A stretch of 51,996 bases of DNA from an uncultured Acidimicrobiaceae bacterium. Its GTDB lineage: Bacteria > Actinomycetota > Acidimicrobiia > Acidimicrobiales > RAAP-2. The stretch is taken from the NCBI GenBank assembly GCA_964453355.1, contig CAYVPF010000003.1:1-51996 (forward strand). Direction: 5' to 3'. Numbering within the stretch: the first letter of the stretch is position 1; every line of letters starts with the position of its first letter. Positions 33,760 to 41,984 of this stretch are shown here, piece after piece. A program made the position numbers and the translations under genes. The notes below the pieces were generated by a model, which saw only the letters and a list, made by a program, of their open reading frames with translations, did no database searches and was not told the origin of the DNA.

Positions 33760-34179
33760 TCAGTCCCGGTCGACCAGGACCTTCTCGTAGGGCCCGGGAC
33801 TGGTGATGGCCATGTAGGTACAGCGGCCCGGCCCGGCATTGCGGATGCCGTGGGGAACGCCGGCCGGCACCATGACGGCCTCACCGGGGACGACGGTGAT
33901 CGGCGGCGCCCCGTCCAGGGTGTACTCGGCCACGCCCTCGACCATCACGTGGAGGTGCTCGGTGGTCGGGTGCAGGTGATAGTCGTTCTCCTGCCCGGGG
34001 CCCAGGTTCCAGAGCACGATCCCCTGACGACCGTCGCCGCCGTAGACGAAGGTCACGGTGGCCATGTCCTCGTCGAAGATCTGGTAGTCGGCCAGCGCGA
34101 ACTTCAGGCTCGTCGGTTCGGCCGGGTCGAGCCGGCCACCGGTCTCGGCGATGAATTTCTCCTGCGGATGGTCGCTCAC
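33760..34179 (-). CDS. cupin domain protein
   Basis: ...GPGQENDYHLHPTTEHLHVMVEGVAEYTLDG..PITVVPGEAVMVPAGVPHGIRN. Trimmed to GTG at 34179 (AGGCAGGCGAAG upstream). Confidence 0.75.
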   Translation of the reverse strand: MSDHPQEKFIAETGGRLDPAEPTSLKFALADYQIFDEDMATVTFVYGGDGRQGIVLWNLGPGQENDYHLHPTTEHLHVMVEGVAEYTLDGAPPITVVPGEAVMVPAGVPHGIRNAGPGRCTYMAITSPGPYEKVLVDRD

Positions 34180-34240
34180 CTTCGCCTGCCTTTCGCTTGT
34201 CGTACTTGTCCGAGTCCCACTTGTCCGGCGCCCGGTTCGG

Positions 34241-34987
34241 CTACAGCAGGCCGAGACATGCCCCACCGTCCACCGGGATGGCCGAACCCGTGATGTAGCC
34301 GGCCTGCTGGGAGGCCAAGAAGGCCACGACCGAGCCGAAATCGGCGGGGTCGCCGATCCGGGCCACGGGGATGGCCCGCACCACGTCGGTCAGGTTGTCG
34401 CCGAACATGGTCGTGATGCGGTCCGTGGCGTGGGTGCCCGGCTGGACCGAGTTGACGGTCACCCCGTCCGGAGCGGCCTCGCCGGCCAGCGTCTTCAAGA
34501 ACGCCGTCGCCCCGGCCCGGGCGGTGTTGGAGGCGATCAGGCTCGGGATCGGCTGGCGGACCCCCATGGAGGTGATGGCGACCACCCGCCCCCATCCCCG
34601 GCTCCGCATCTCCGGGACGGCGGCCATGCACATGGCGACGACCGAGAACAGGTTGAGCCAGACGGCGTCGGCGTAGCCCTCCATCGGGGTCGTGGCGAAG
34701 GTGCCCGGCGGAGGGCCGCCGGCGTTGGTGACCAGAATGTCGACCTGGCCCATGGCCTCGGTGGCGGCCGTCACGAACCCGACGGCGCCGGCCGTGGTGG
34801 CGACGTCGGCCACCAGGGGGACCACGTCACCAGCGAGGCGGTCGGCGGCGCGGCGCACCCGGGCGGCGTCCCGGCCGCAGATGGCCACCTGGGCGCCCTC
34901 GGCCGCCAGGGCGGCCGCGGCGGCAAAGCCAAGACCGTTCGACGACGCGGCCACTGCCGCCTTCCGACCGTTCAGGCCAAAGTCCAC
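34241..34987 (-). CDS. SDR-family oxidoreductase
   Basis: GRKAAVAASSNGLGFAAAAALAAEGAQVAICGR...TNAGGPPPG... Confidence 0.85.
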   Translation of the reverse strand: MDFGLNGRKAAVAASSNGLGFAAAAALAAEGAQVAICGRDAARVRRAADRLAGDVVPLVADVATTAGAVGFVTAATEAMGQVDILVTNAGGPPPGTFATTPMEGYADAVWLNLFSVVAMCMAAVPEMRSRGWGRVVAITSMGVRQPIPSLIASNTARAGATAFLKTLAGEAAPDGVTVNSVQPGTHATDRITTMFGDNLTDVVRAIPVARIGDPADFGSVVAFLASQQAGYITGSAIPVDGGACLGLL

Positions 34988-35057
34988 ACTCCGCCCCCTC
35001 CTCCGTTGCCCCGGCCGGGCCCACGCGTCGTGGGCGGCCCGGGTTGGCTAGCCGGAC

Positions 35058-35468
35058 CTAGATGCCTTCCAGCAGGGGCAGGATCTGCTGGGGATCGGCG
35101 TACACCCGCTCCGACAGCAGCGTCTCCCCCTCGAACGGGAAGATGCCCACCGTGAACACCCGCAGCTCTTCGCCCGGGGTCGACCCGTCGATGCCGTCGG
35201 GGAAGACGGTGACCACCTCCACGATGGCCAGGTCGTCGAGGTGGTGGATCTTCTCCGCGTGGTGCTCGTTCGGGCCGAGCATGTCGAACATGTTCTGCAA
35301 GAACGGGCCGACCTCCTCCTTGCCGTGCAGCACCCGGCCGACGGTGACCAGGTCGTAGGTGGGGTTCGGCATGGTGGACAGGACCATGTCGAGGTCCTTG
35401 GTCGACTCCCCCCGGAGGTGGACGGCGAGGGTGGCCTCCCGGGACTCCTTCAGTGCTTCGCTGATCAT
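35058..35468 (-). CDS. SnoaL/NTF2-like (polyketide-cyclase-fold) protein
   Basis: MISEALKESREATLAVHLRGES...; ATG at 35468 follows CAGGAGGAGA. Track ORF 35058..35741 trimmed. Confidence 0.65.
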   Translation of the reverse strand: MISEALKESREATLAVHLRGESTKDLDMVLSTMPNPTYDLVTVGRVLHGKEEVGPFLQNMFDMLGPNEHHAEKIHHLDDLAIVEVVTVFPDGIDGSTPGEELRVFTVGIFPFEGETLLSERVYADPQQILPLLEGI

Positions 35469-35524
35469 GGTCTCCTCCTGGTGGCTACTGGCCGGTGTTG
35501 TCACTGGTCTGGCGTGGGGACTGG

Positions 35525-36664
35525 TCATTCCGGAACGGGCATGTCGTAGTAGCGGGCCACGTTGTCCCGCAGGAGCTTGCGCTTGGCGTCGTCGGAGATG
35601 TCCGACCGCTTCTGCAAGACCTTCGCCGCGTCCTTCAGCCGGTCGCCGTGGGGGATGTCGGAGCCGTAGACCCAACAGTCGTCGCCGAAGTGCTCGATGC
35701 AGTAGGGCAGCAACGGGTCCTCGACCTCGAAGCCGAACCACAGGTTGCCCCGCCGGATGTACTCGTACGGTGACAGCTGGCTGCGGTAGCCGCCCTGCTC
35801 GGGCCGGTCGATGACCGTGTCCAGCGGACGGGTCGGGGCGAAGCGGTTCCGCTCGGGGTTGGCCTTCTCCTCGGCCCGCTCCACCATGAACGGCACCCAG
35901 TTGCAGCTCGCTTCCAGGAACGAGACCCGCAGGCGCGGGAACCGGTCCAGCACCCCCGAGGCCGCCACCTGTTCAAAGCCCATCAGCAGGGAGAAGACGA
36001 AGGTGTACTGGTCGAGCGGGGTGCAGTAGGCCACGTGGACGCCGACGGCCAGGTTCTCCTGCTCGCAGGCCGCCCAGATCGGGTCGTACCGGCGCTCGGT
36101 GATGCTCGACTTGCCGTTCATCCCCGGCAGCATCACCCCCACCGCCCCCAGCTTCTTGCACCGCACGATCTCCCGGGCGGCGGCCTCCGGGTCGTTCATG
36201 TCGATGACGGCCACCCACTTCAGCTCGTCGGGCCGCGTGCTGCAGACGTGGGCGATCCAGCTGTTGTAGGACCGGCACAGGGCCGCCTCGAACCCCAGGT
36301 CGAAGCTGAGGGGGCGGATGAGCAGGAGGGTGGGGTAGATGACGGCGACGTCGATGCCCTCGTCCAGGTGGACGGCGATCCGCTCGTCAGGTTCCCGCAT
36401 TTCCAAGACGCCGAGGGACTCGGGTTTGGGCACGATGGAGTCCCGGCGGATACCGGCCCGGCTGACCGGGGAGCCGCCGAAGGACAGCCGGTCGCCGTAC
36501 AGGCCCGGGTAGGTGACGTTGTCGACGGCCCACAGCAGCTGCTGCGGCCCGTCCACGATGACCGGCCGCCGGTGGTGGTACTCCTCGTCCAAGAACTGGT
36601 CCGAGAAGGTCTCTTCCCACTCGAAGACGTGGCCGTCCCCGTCAATGACTTTGTAGGCGCTCAT
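35525..36664 (-). CDS. Amidohydro_2-family metal-dependent hydrolase/decarboxylase
   Basis: MSAYKVIDGDGHVFEW...AVIYPT...VGVHVAY...VYGSDIPHGD. ATG at 36664 follows AAGGGGAAAGGG. Confidence 0.8.
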   Translation of the reverse strand: MSAYKVIDGDGHVFEWEETFSDQFLDEEYHHRRPVIVDGPQQLLWAVDNVTYPGLYGDRLSFGGSPVSRAGIRRDSIVPKPESLGVLEMREPDERIAVHLDEGIDVAVIYPTLLLIRPLSFDLGFEAALCRSYNSWIAHVCSTRPDELKWVAVIDMNDPEAAAREIVRCKKLGAVGVMLPGMNGKSSITERRYDPIWAACEQENLAVGVHVAYCTPLDQYTFVFSLLMGFEQVAASGVLDRFPRLRVSFLEASCNWVPFMVERAEEKANPERNRFAPTRPLDTVIDRPEQGGYRSQLSPYEYIRRGNLWFGFEVEDPLLPYCIEHFGDDCWVYGSDIPHGDRLKDAAKVLQKRSDISDDAKRKLLRDNVARYYDMPVPE

Positions 36665-36731
36665 CTGCCCTTTCCCCTTGCTGTCGCCGTCGACGATCGA
36701 CGGTTGGACGCTCGACTGTCGATGGACCTGT

Positions 36732-37727
36732 CTATTGATGGCTTGGCGACGAACCGACGTGCTCGCCGACGTGGCTGAGCAACCGCATGGCGTTGCCTTC
36801 CCGGATGCGCTCCCGCTGCCCGTCGTCCAGCCCGGGCAGCTGGTCCAGGACCGCCCCGGGGGGATCGGGCATGAAGGGGTAGTCCGAGCCGACCACGACC
36901 TGGCGGTCCCCCACGATCGAGAGGACATAGGCCAGGGCTGCAGGAGCAAAGACGAGGAGATCCACGTAGATCCGGGTGGCATAGGCACTGGGCGCTTCGG
37001 GGAGCCGCTGGCGGAACGCCGGGTCCATGGCCCACATCCGGTCGAGGCGGGGAAGGAGCAACCCGAGTGACCCACCACCGTGGCTGGCGAAAAGGCGGAG
37101 GGTGGGGTGGTCGACCAAGACCCCCTCGGCGATGAGGGCGCCGAGGGCGAACCCGACCTCGTTCGGGAAGGTCACCCCGCTGGCCGCCGGACCGCCGGTG
37201 ATGGTCTCGAAGCCGTGGGGGTGGAAGGGATGGATGAACACGGCCAGGTCCAGCCGGGCCGCCTCGGCCAGGAGCTGGTCGTAGCGGCCGGTATGGAGGA
37301 GCTCGCCGTTGACGTTGGAACCGATCTCCACCCCCCGCAGGCCCAACGCCTTGACCTGGGCCAGGGCGGCGGCGGCCCGGTCGGGGTCCTGCATGGGCAG
37401 GATGCCGAAGGCGTCGAATTCCTCGCTCACCTGGTCGGCCAGCCACTCGTTCATGTCCCGGCAGTACCGGTCGCCGTCCGCCGGCTCGGCCCAGTAACAG
37501 AACAACTCGGGCATGGGCGACAGCACCTGGCGCCGGACCCCGGTGGCCGCCATCTCCTCCCGGCGACGCTCGGGATCCCAAGCCGAGCGGGTCACCGTCC
37601 GGAACGGCTGGCCGCCCACGTGCACCACGGCCTGGTCGCCGTCGGCCTCCACCCAGGGCCAGTCCGACCGGCCCGGTCGGGAGAAGGGCAGCTCCAGCGG
37701 GACGACGTGGGTGTGGACGTCGATCAT
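36732..37727 (-). CDS. Amidohydro_2-family protein (ACMSD/LigW-type decarboxylase-like)
   Basis: MIDVHTHVVP...GVEIGSNV...VFIHPFHP...ASHGGG...VVGSDYPF. ATG overlaps the LigB-like stop (ATGA). Confidence 0.8.
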   Translation of the reverse strand: MIDVHTHVVPLELPFSRPGRSDWPWVEADGDQAVVHVGGQPFRTVTRSAWDPERRREEMAATGVRRQVLSPMPELFCYWAEPADGDRYCRDMNEWLADQVSEEFDAFGILPMQDPDRAAAALAQVKALGLRGVEIGSNVNGELLHTGRYDQLLAEAARLDLAVFIHPFHPHGFETITGGPAASGVTFPNEVGFALGALIAEGVLVDHPTLRLFASHGGGSLGLLLPRLDRMWAMDPAFRQRLPEAPSAYATRIYVDLLVFAPAALAYVLSIVGDRQVVVGSDYPFMPDPPGAVLDQLPGLDDGQRERIREGNAMRLLSHVGEHVGSSPSHQ

Positions 37728-38821
37728 GCCGGCCCGTCCACCAGGTCGAAGCCGTCCACCACGTCGAAGCAGGCGAACACCTTGTCGGTGTTGAAGATCC
37801 CGGTCTCCACGAACGTGCTCCACGACAACGGCGCCTGGCCGGCCTCCATGGCTCCGGCCAGGACGAACCAGTTGAGCAGCTCCTGCTGGCCGGCGGCCTC
37901 GATCTCGTCCAGGCCGACCCCTCGCCAGGCGTCCCAGCTGCCGTCGACCAGGGCGTCGTAGAGGCGACGGTCGGCGGGGACGTCGGGATGCAGCCGCCAG
38001 GTGGCGTCACAGAGGAAGGCGTGGGACCAACTGGACGAGGCCACCAGGGCGATCCGCCAGGGCGACCGGACGATGGCCCGCAACAGGGCGGCGCCCAGGT
38101 CCATCAGCCGACGGGGGCTGGGCGACGGCGGGTCGAAGGGGGCGTCGTTGGCGAACCGGCTCAGGCCACCCGTGCGGCTGATCACCCGGCGGCCGTAGCA
38201 GTTGACGGCCAAGGGGACGATGGGGAAGTCGAAACCGGTGCGGTCGTAGTCCAAGAACAAGAGGGTGTTCATGAAGGCGTGGGGGATGCCCTGGTGATGG
38301 AGCGGCTCGTAGGCGTAGGCCATGTCGAACTCGTCCTCCAGCAAGGAGGTGGCCAACGAAAGCGCGATGTCCCGGCGCCCCCGGACGGCGAAGGTCGTGT
38401 CCGGGCCCTCGCCCCAGACGTTCTCGGGCGGCATCACCCCCCGGGTGGCCTGGCTGGGGTGCCAAGGCTGGGCCTCGCGGTCCCCGTACGCCAAGAGGGC
38501 GAAGGGCGGGATGACGTCCTCCCGGAAGTTCTCGTACTGGTCGTCGCCGACGATCAGCAGGGCGTCGGGGGCGAAGGCCTCCAGCTCCTTACGGGCTCGG
38601 GCGAACCCGGCCACCAGTTCCGCCCGATGGCGGCCGGCGGCCGCCAGCCCCTCGTCGTCGGCCCACTCCGAGCGCATCAGTGCCGGCCAGCCTTCCGGCG
38701 ACCGGAGCCGCTCGGGAATGGCCGGGTCCTGCAAGGTCCACCGCAGGGCGGCGGACAGCCCGGCGTCGGGATGACAGAGCGGTGGAAAATGCGTCAGTCC
38801 CACCCCGAGCACTGCCCCCAT
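37724..38821 (-). CDS. class III extradiol ring-cleavage dioxygenase (LigB family, single-subunit)
   Basis: MGAVLGVGLTHFPPL...LLIVGDDQYENF...HQGIPHAFMNTLLFL...ALVASSSWSHAFL. Confidence 0.78.
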   Translation of the reverse strand: MGAVLGVGLTHFPPLCHPDAGLSAALRWTLQDPAIPERLRSPEGWPALMRSEWADDEGLAAAGRHRAELVAGFARARKELEAFAPDALLIVGDDQYENFREDVIPPFALLAYGDREAQPWHPSQATRGVMPPENVWGEGPDTTFAVRGRRDIALSLATSLLEDEFDMAYAYEPLHHQGIPHAFMNTLLFLDYDRTGFDFPIVPLAVNCYGRRVISRTGGLSRFANDAPFDPPSPSPRRLMDLGAALLRAIVRSPWRIALVASSSWSHAFLCDATWRLHPDVPADRRLYDALVDGSWDAWRGVGLDEIEAAGQQELLNWFVLAGAMEAGQAPLSWSTFVETGIFNTDKVFACFDVVDGFDLVDGPA

Positions 38822-38898
38822 CCGAGTCCCTTCCGCGGTCCCGGCGCCCGGCCTCGGCCAGCACGCGTCACGTTCCCCGAGGCAGCCCTGCCCCCGCT

Positions 38899-38925
38899 GC
38901 TTTTACAAGATCATCTAATCATCTA
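38899..38925 (-). promoter_or_regulatory. 27-nt module GCTTTTACAAGATCATCTAATCATCTA (site C: ATCT motif plus -35-like TTGTAA)
   Basis: Lies 78-104 nt upstream of the LigB-family ATG (38821). 25/27 identical to 39042-39068. Confidence 0.5.
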
Positions 38926-39041
38926 CGCCGTAGGGTTCACCGTCAAGCGCGCCGACAAGATTTCTGCCGGCTCCCCGCCGGACGGTCCCGGCGCGGTCCG
39001 ATCCAGGTGGGACGGGCAAAAAAAGACCACCCGCGGCCGAC

Positions 39042-39068
39042 GCTTTTGCAATATCATCTAATCATCTA
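39042..39068 (-). promoter_or_regulatory. 27-nt module GCTTTTGCAATATCATCTAATCATCTA (site D: ATCT motif plus -35-like TTGCAA)
   Basis: Second copy, same orientation, 143 nt from site C and 66-92 nt upstream of the divergent GTG at 39134. Confidence 0.5.
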
Positions 39069-39133
39069 AGCTGATCGAGGCGGGCCCCCTCACATCTGCG
39101 GGCCCCCACCCGGCACCCCACCGAAGGAGCGTC

Positions 39134-40336
39134 GTGCAGGAAGCCAACTCGACCGCAGTGGACATTCCTCCCATCATCAGCCTCGACGACCACGTCATCG
39201 AGCCGCCGACCCTGTGGACGGACCGGCTGCCCCGCCGCTACCTGGACATCGGTCCCCGGGTGGAGGAGCTGCCTCAGGGCGGCGCGGTGCTGGACGGGGG
39301 GAAGTTCCGGGAACGGCCGGGCACCGAGGGACCCGTGGTTTCCTACTGGCGGTACGAGGACCTCTTCATGAGCGTGAAGCGGCTGTCCACGGCCGTCGGC
39401 TTTCCCGGCGAGGCCGTCACCCTGGACGGCGTCACCTACGACGAGATCCGGCCTGGCTGCTGGCAGCAGGGGCCTCGCCTGGAGGACATGGACCGCAACG
39501 GCACGCAAGCCTCGCTGTGCTTCCCCAACTTTCCCCGCTTCTGCGGCCAGACCTTCGCCGAAGCGGAGGACAAGGACCTGGCCCTGCTCTGCGTGCGCGC
39601 CTACAACGACTGGATGGTGGAGGAGTGGTGCCACGGGTCGGGCGGTCGTCTCCTCCCCCTCTGCCTGGTCCCCCTCTGGGACGCCAACCTGGCCGCCGAG
39701 GAGGTGGCCCGCAACGCCGCCCGCGGCGTACGGGGGGTGGCCTTCAGCGAGGTTCCGGCCTACCTGGGCCTGCCCAGCATCCACTCCGGCTATTGGGACG
39801 TCTTCTTCCAGGCCTGCCAGGACACGGGCACGGTGCTGTTCCTCCACATCGGGTCGGGCACCAAGATGCCGCAGACCTCGGCCGACGCCCCCGACCTGGT
39901 GGCCGTGACCATCGGCTTCGGCAACTGCGTCGCCTCGATGGCCGACTTCATCTTCTCGGGAGTCCTCGAACGGTTCCCCGGCCTGAAGCTCGTCTATTCG
40001 GAGGGCCAGGTCGGCTGGATACCGTTCTTCTTGGAACGGGCCGACGACGCCTGGGAGAAGCACCGGGACGGCACCTTCGGCACCAACACCGTCCCGGAGC
40101 CCCCGTCGTCGTACTACTACCGGCAGATCTACGGGTGCTTCTTCAAGGACTTCCACGGGATGGCGTCGATCGACCGGGTGGGCGTGGACAACATAACCTT
40201 CGAGAGCGACTATCCGCATGCCGACAGCACCTGGCCCAACACCGTGGAGCTGGCCAAGAAGATGTTCACCGGGCTCGACCCGGCGACCATCGAAAAGATG
40301 GTACGAGGTAACGCCATCCGACTCCTGGGCCTCTGA
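39134..40336 (+). CDS. Amidohydro_2-family metal-dependent hydrolase
   Basis: ...IISLDDHVIEPP...LCFPNF...VLFLHIGSG...FESDYPHADSTWP. GAAGGAG precedes GTG at 39134. Confidence 0.82.
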   Translation: MQEANSTAVDIPPIISLDDHVIEPPTLWTDRLPRRYLDIGPRVEELPQGGAVLDGGKFRERPGTEGPVVSYWRYEDLFMSVKRLSTAVGFPGEAVTLDGVTYDEIRPGCWQQGPRLEDMDRNGTQASLCFPNFPRFCGQTFAEAEDKDLALLCVRAYNDWMVEEWCHGSGGRLLPLCLVPLWDANLAAEEVARNAARGVRGVAFSEVPAYLGLPSIHSGYWDVFFQACQDTGTVLFLHIGSGTKMPQTSADAPDLVAVTIGFGNCVASMADFIFSGVLERFPGLKLVYSEGQVGWIPFFLERADDAWEKHRDGTFGTNTVPEPPSSYYYRQIYGCFFKDFHGMASIDRVGVDNITFESDYPHADSTWPNTVELAKKMFTGLDPATIEKMVRGNAIRLLGL

Positions 40337-40408
40337 TCGGCAGGTAACCGGAAAGACGCAGTGGTTCCACAGGACAGCCTGCCGTCAATGAAGGGGTAGC
40401 AACAGGAC

Positions 40409-41188
40409 ATGGTGACCAGAAACAACAGACCCACGGGCCCCGTCATGCTCACGCCTTTTGACGGGCCCCAACCGCTTTCGTCCTCCACCTCGCGGGTGGT
40501 GACGCCCAAAGCGGCCCGCCAGATCTCCGAGACCCTGAAAGAACGGATACTGAACGGCGAGTTTCCGCCGGGCTCCTACCTGCCGGCCGCCGGCGACCTG
40601 CTGGAGGAGTTCGGGGTCAGCCGACCCACCCTGCGGGAAGCCCTGAACACGTTGGAGACCGACGGCCTGATCCAGCTCCGCCGGGGACCGAACGGCGGGG
40701 CCATCGTCCAGAGCCCGGACAACGCCGCCATCATCCGCCAGCTGGGTTTCCTGCTCCGCTACGACGGGACCACCATCGAGCAACTGATGGACGTCCGCCT
40801 GTTGGTGGACCCCCTGGCGGCCCGGCTCGTGGCCGAGCAGGGCAACGAGGAGGACATAGAGCGGATCGGCCAGAGCCTCGAACGCCAACGCGCCTTGAAG
40901 GGCGCCGGCAGCCACGAAGACTGGTTCAAGGAGAACCTCTACTTCCACTGGGCCATCGCCTCGGCCTCCAACAACCCGGTGGTCCGCGTCCTGTCGGAGT
41001 CGCTGCACAACATCACCCTCGACGGCGGCCTGAAGATCCGGGTCAAGCGGTCGGAGCGGGCCACCAGCATCGAGGAGCACGCCGCCGTGTACGAGGCCAT
41101 CGCCGAGGGGGACGGGGACAAGGCGGCCGAGATGCTCCGCCACCACTTGGAACGAAGCATCTATCTGCGGGCTCACTACCTGCGCTGA
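40409..41188 (+). CDS. GntR-family transcriptional regulator, FadR subfamily (FCD C-terminal domain)
   Basis: ISETLKERILNGEFPPGSYLPAAGDLLEEFGVSRPTLREALNTLETDGLIQLRRGPNGGAIV followed by a helical FCD-like domain. An alternative ATG lies at 40445. Confidence 0.85.
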   Translation: MVTRNNRPTGPVMLTPFDGPQPLSSSTSRVVTPKAARQISETLKERILNGEFPPGSYLPAAGDLLEEFGVSRPTLREALNTLETDGLIQLRRGPNGGAIVQSPDNAAIIRQLGFLLRYDGTTIEQLMDVRLLVDPLAARLVAEQGNEEDIERIGQSLERQRALKGAGSHEDWFKENLYFHWAIASASNNPVVRVLSESLHNITLDGGLKIRVKRSERATSIEEHAAVYEAIAEGDGDKAAEMLRHHLERSIYLRAHYLR

Positions 41189-41221
41189 CCAGCCACTACC
41201 TGACCACAAGGAGCCACCGAC

Positions 41222-41983
41222 GTGTCACAGCGGTTCGAGGGAAAGGTCGCCGTCGTCACCGGCGCCGGCCAGGGGATCGGGGAGACCTACGCCCGCTATC
41301 TGGCCGAGGGGGGCGCCACCGTGGTGCTGGCCGACATCTCGGCCGGGGCGGAGGCGAACGCCGAGAAGTTGCGGGCCGACGGGCATCGCGCCCGTGGCGT
41401 CGTCGTCGACATCGCCGACGCCGCGGCCTGCCAGGCGCTGCTCGACGGGACCGTCACCCAGGAGGGGTCCCTCGACATCCTGGTCAACAACGCCGCCGTC
41501 TACCAGGGCCTTCGCCCCACCCCGGCCGAGGACATCCCGCTCGAGGTGTGGCGGCGGATCGTGGACGTCAACGTGAGCGGCATGTACTACATGTGCCGGG
41601 CCGCCATCCCCCACCTGAAGCGGCAGCGGTCGGGGGTGATCATCAACCAGACGTCCGGCTCCGTCTTCGGCTGCCCCCCCGGCATGCTCCACTACGTCAC
41701 GACCAAGTCCACGGCCATCCCCATGACCAAGATCCTGGCCCGCGAGCTCGGCCCCTTCGGGGTCCGGGTGAACGCCATCGCCCCCGGCCTGACCGATACG
41801 GCGGCGACCCACGACGTCGCCGCCCAACAGGCCATCGACATGAGCATCGCCGCCGCCCCCTTGGGCCGGCTGGCTGTCCCCGACGACCTCTGCGGGGCCC
41901 TCGGCTTCCTCTGTTCCGATGACGGCGCCTTCGTCACCGGCCAGACGATCGCCGTCAACGGCGGCAGCAACATGATCCCCTGA
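41222..41983 (+). CDS. SDR-family oxidoreductase
   Basis: FEGKVAVVTGAGQGIGETYA...NNAAV...YVTTKSA. Confidence 0.88.
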   Translation: MSQRFEGKVAVVTGAGQGIGETYARYLAEGGATVVLADISAGAEANAEKLRADGHRARGVVVDIADAAACQALLDGTVTQEGSLDILVNNAAVYQGLRPTPAEDIPLEVWRRIVDVNVSGMYYMCRAAIPHLKRQRSGVIINQTSGSVFGCPPGMLHYVTTKSTAIPMTKILARELGPFGVRVNAIAPGLTDTAATHDVAAQQAIDMSIAAAPLGRLAVPDDLCGALGFLCSDDGAFVTGQTIAVNGGSNMIP

Positions 41984-41984
41984 G

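Noticed and set aside
36687-36703. CCGTCGA-N3-TCGACGG palindrome as a second copy of the junction palindrome at 51740-51757 (REP-like family)
   Set aside because: Short GTCGAC-centred palindromes arise readily from Val-Asp codons and GC-rich sequence (also CCGTCGACGG at 13983-13992). Two or three occurrences are not enough to call a repeat family.
40360-40372. GTGG-TT-CCAC inverted repeat as a FadR/GntR autoregulatory operator upstream of the regulator gene
   Set aside because: The arms are only 4 bp and such a match is expected by chance. It is not repeated at the other promoters of the cluster.
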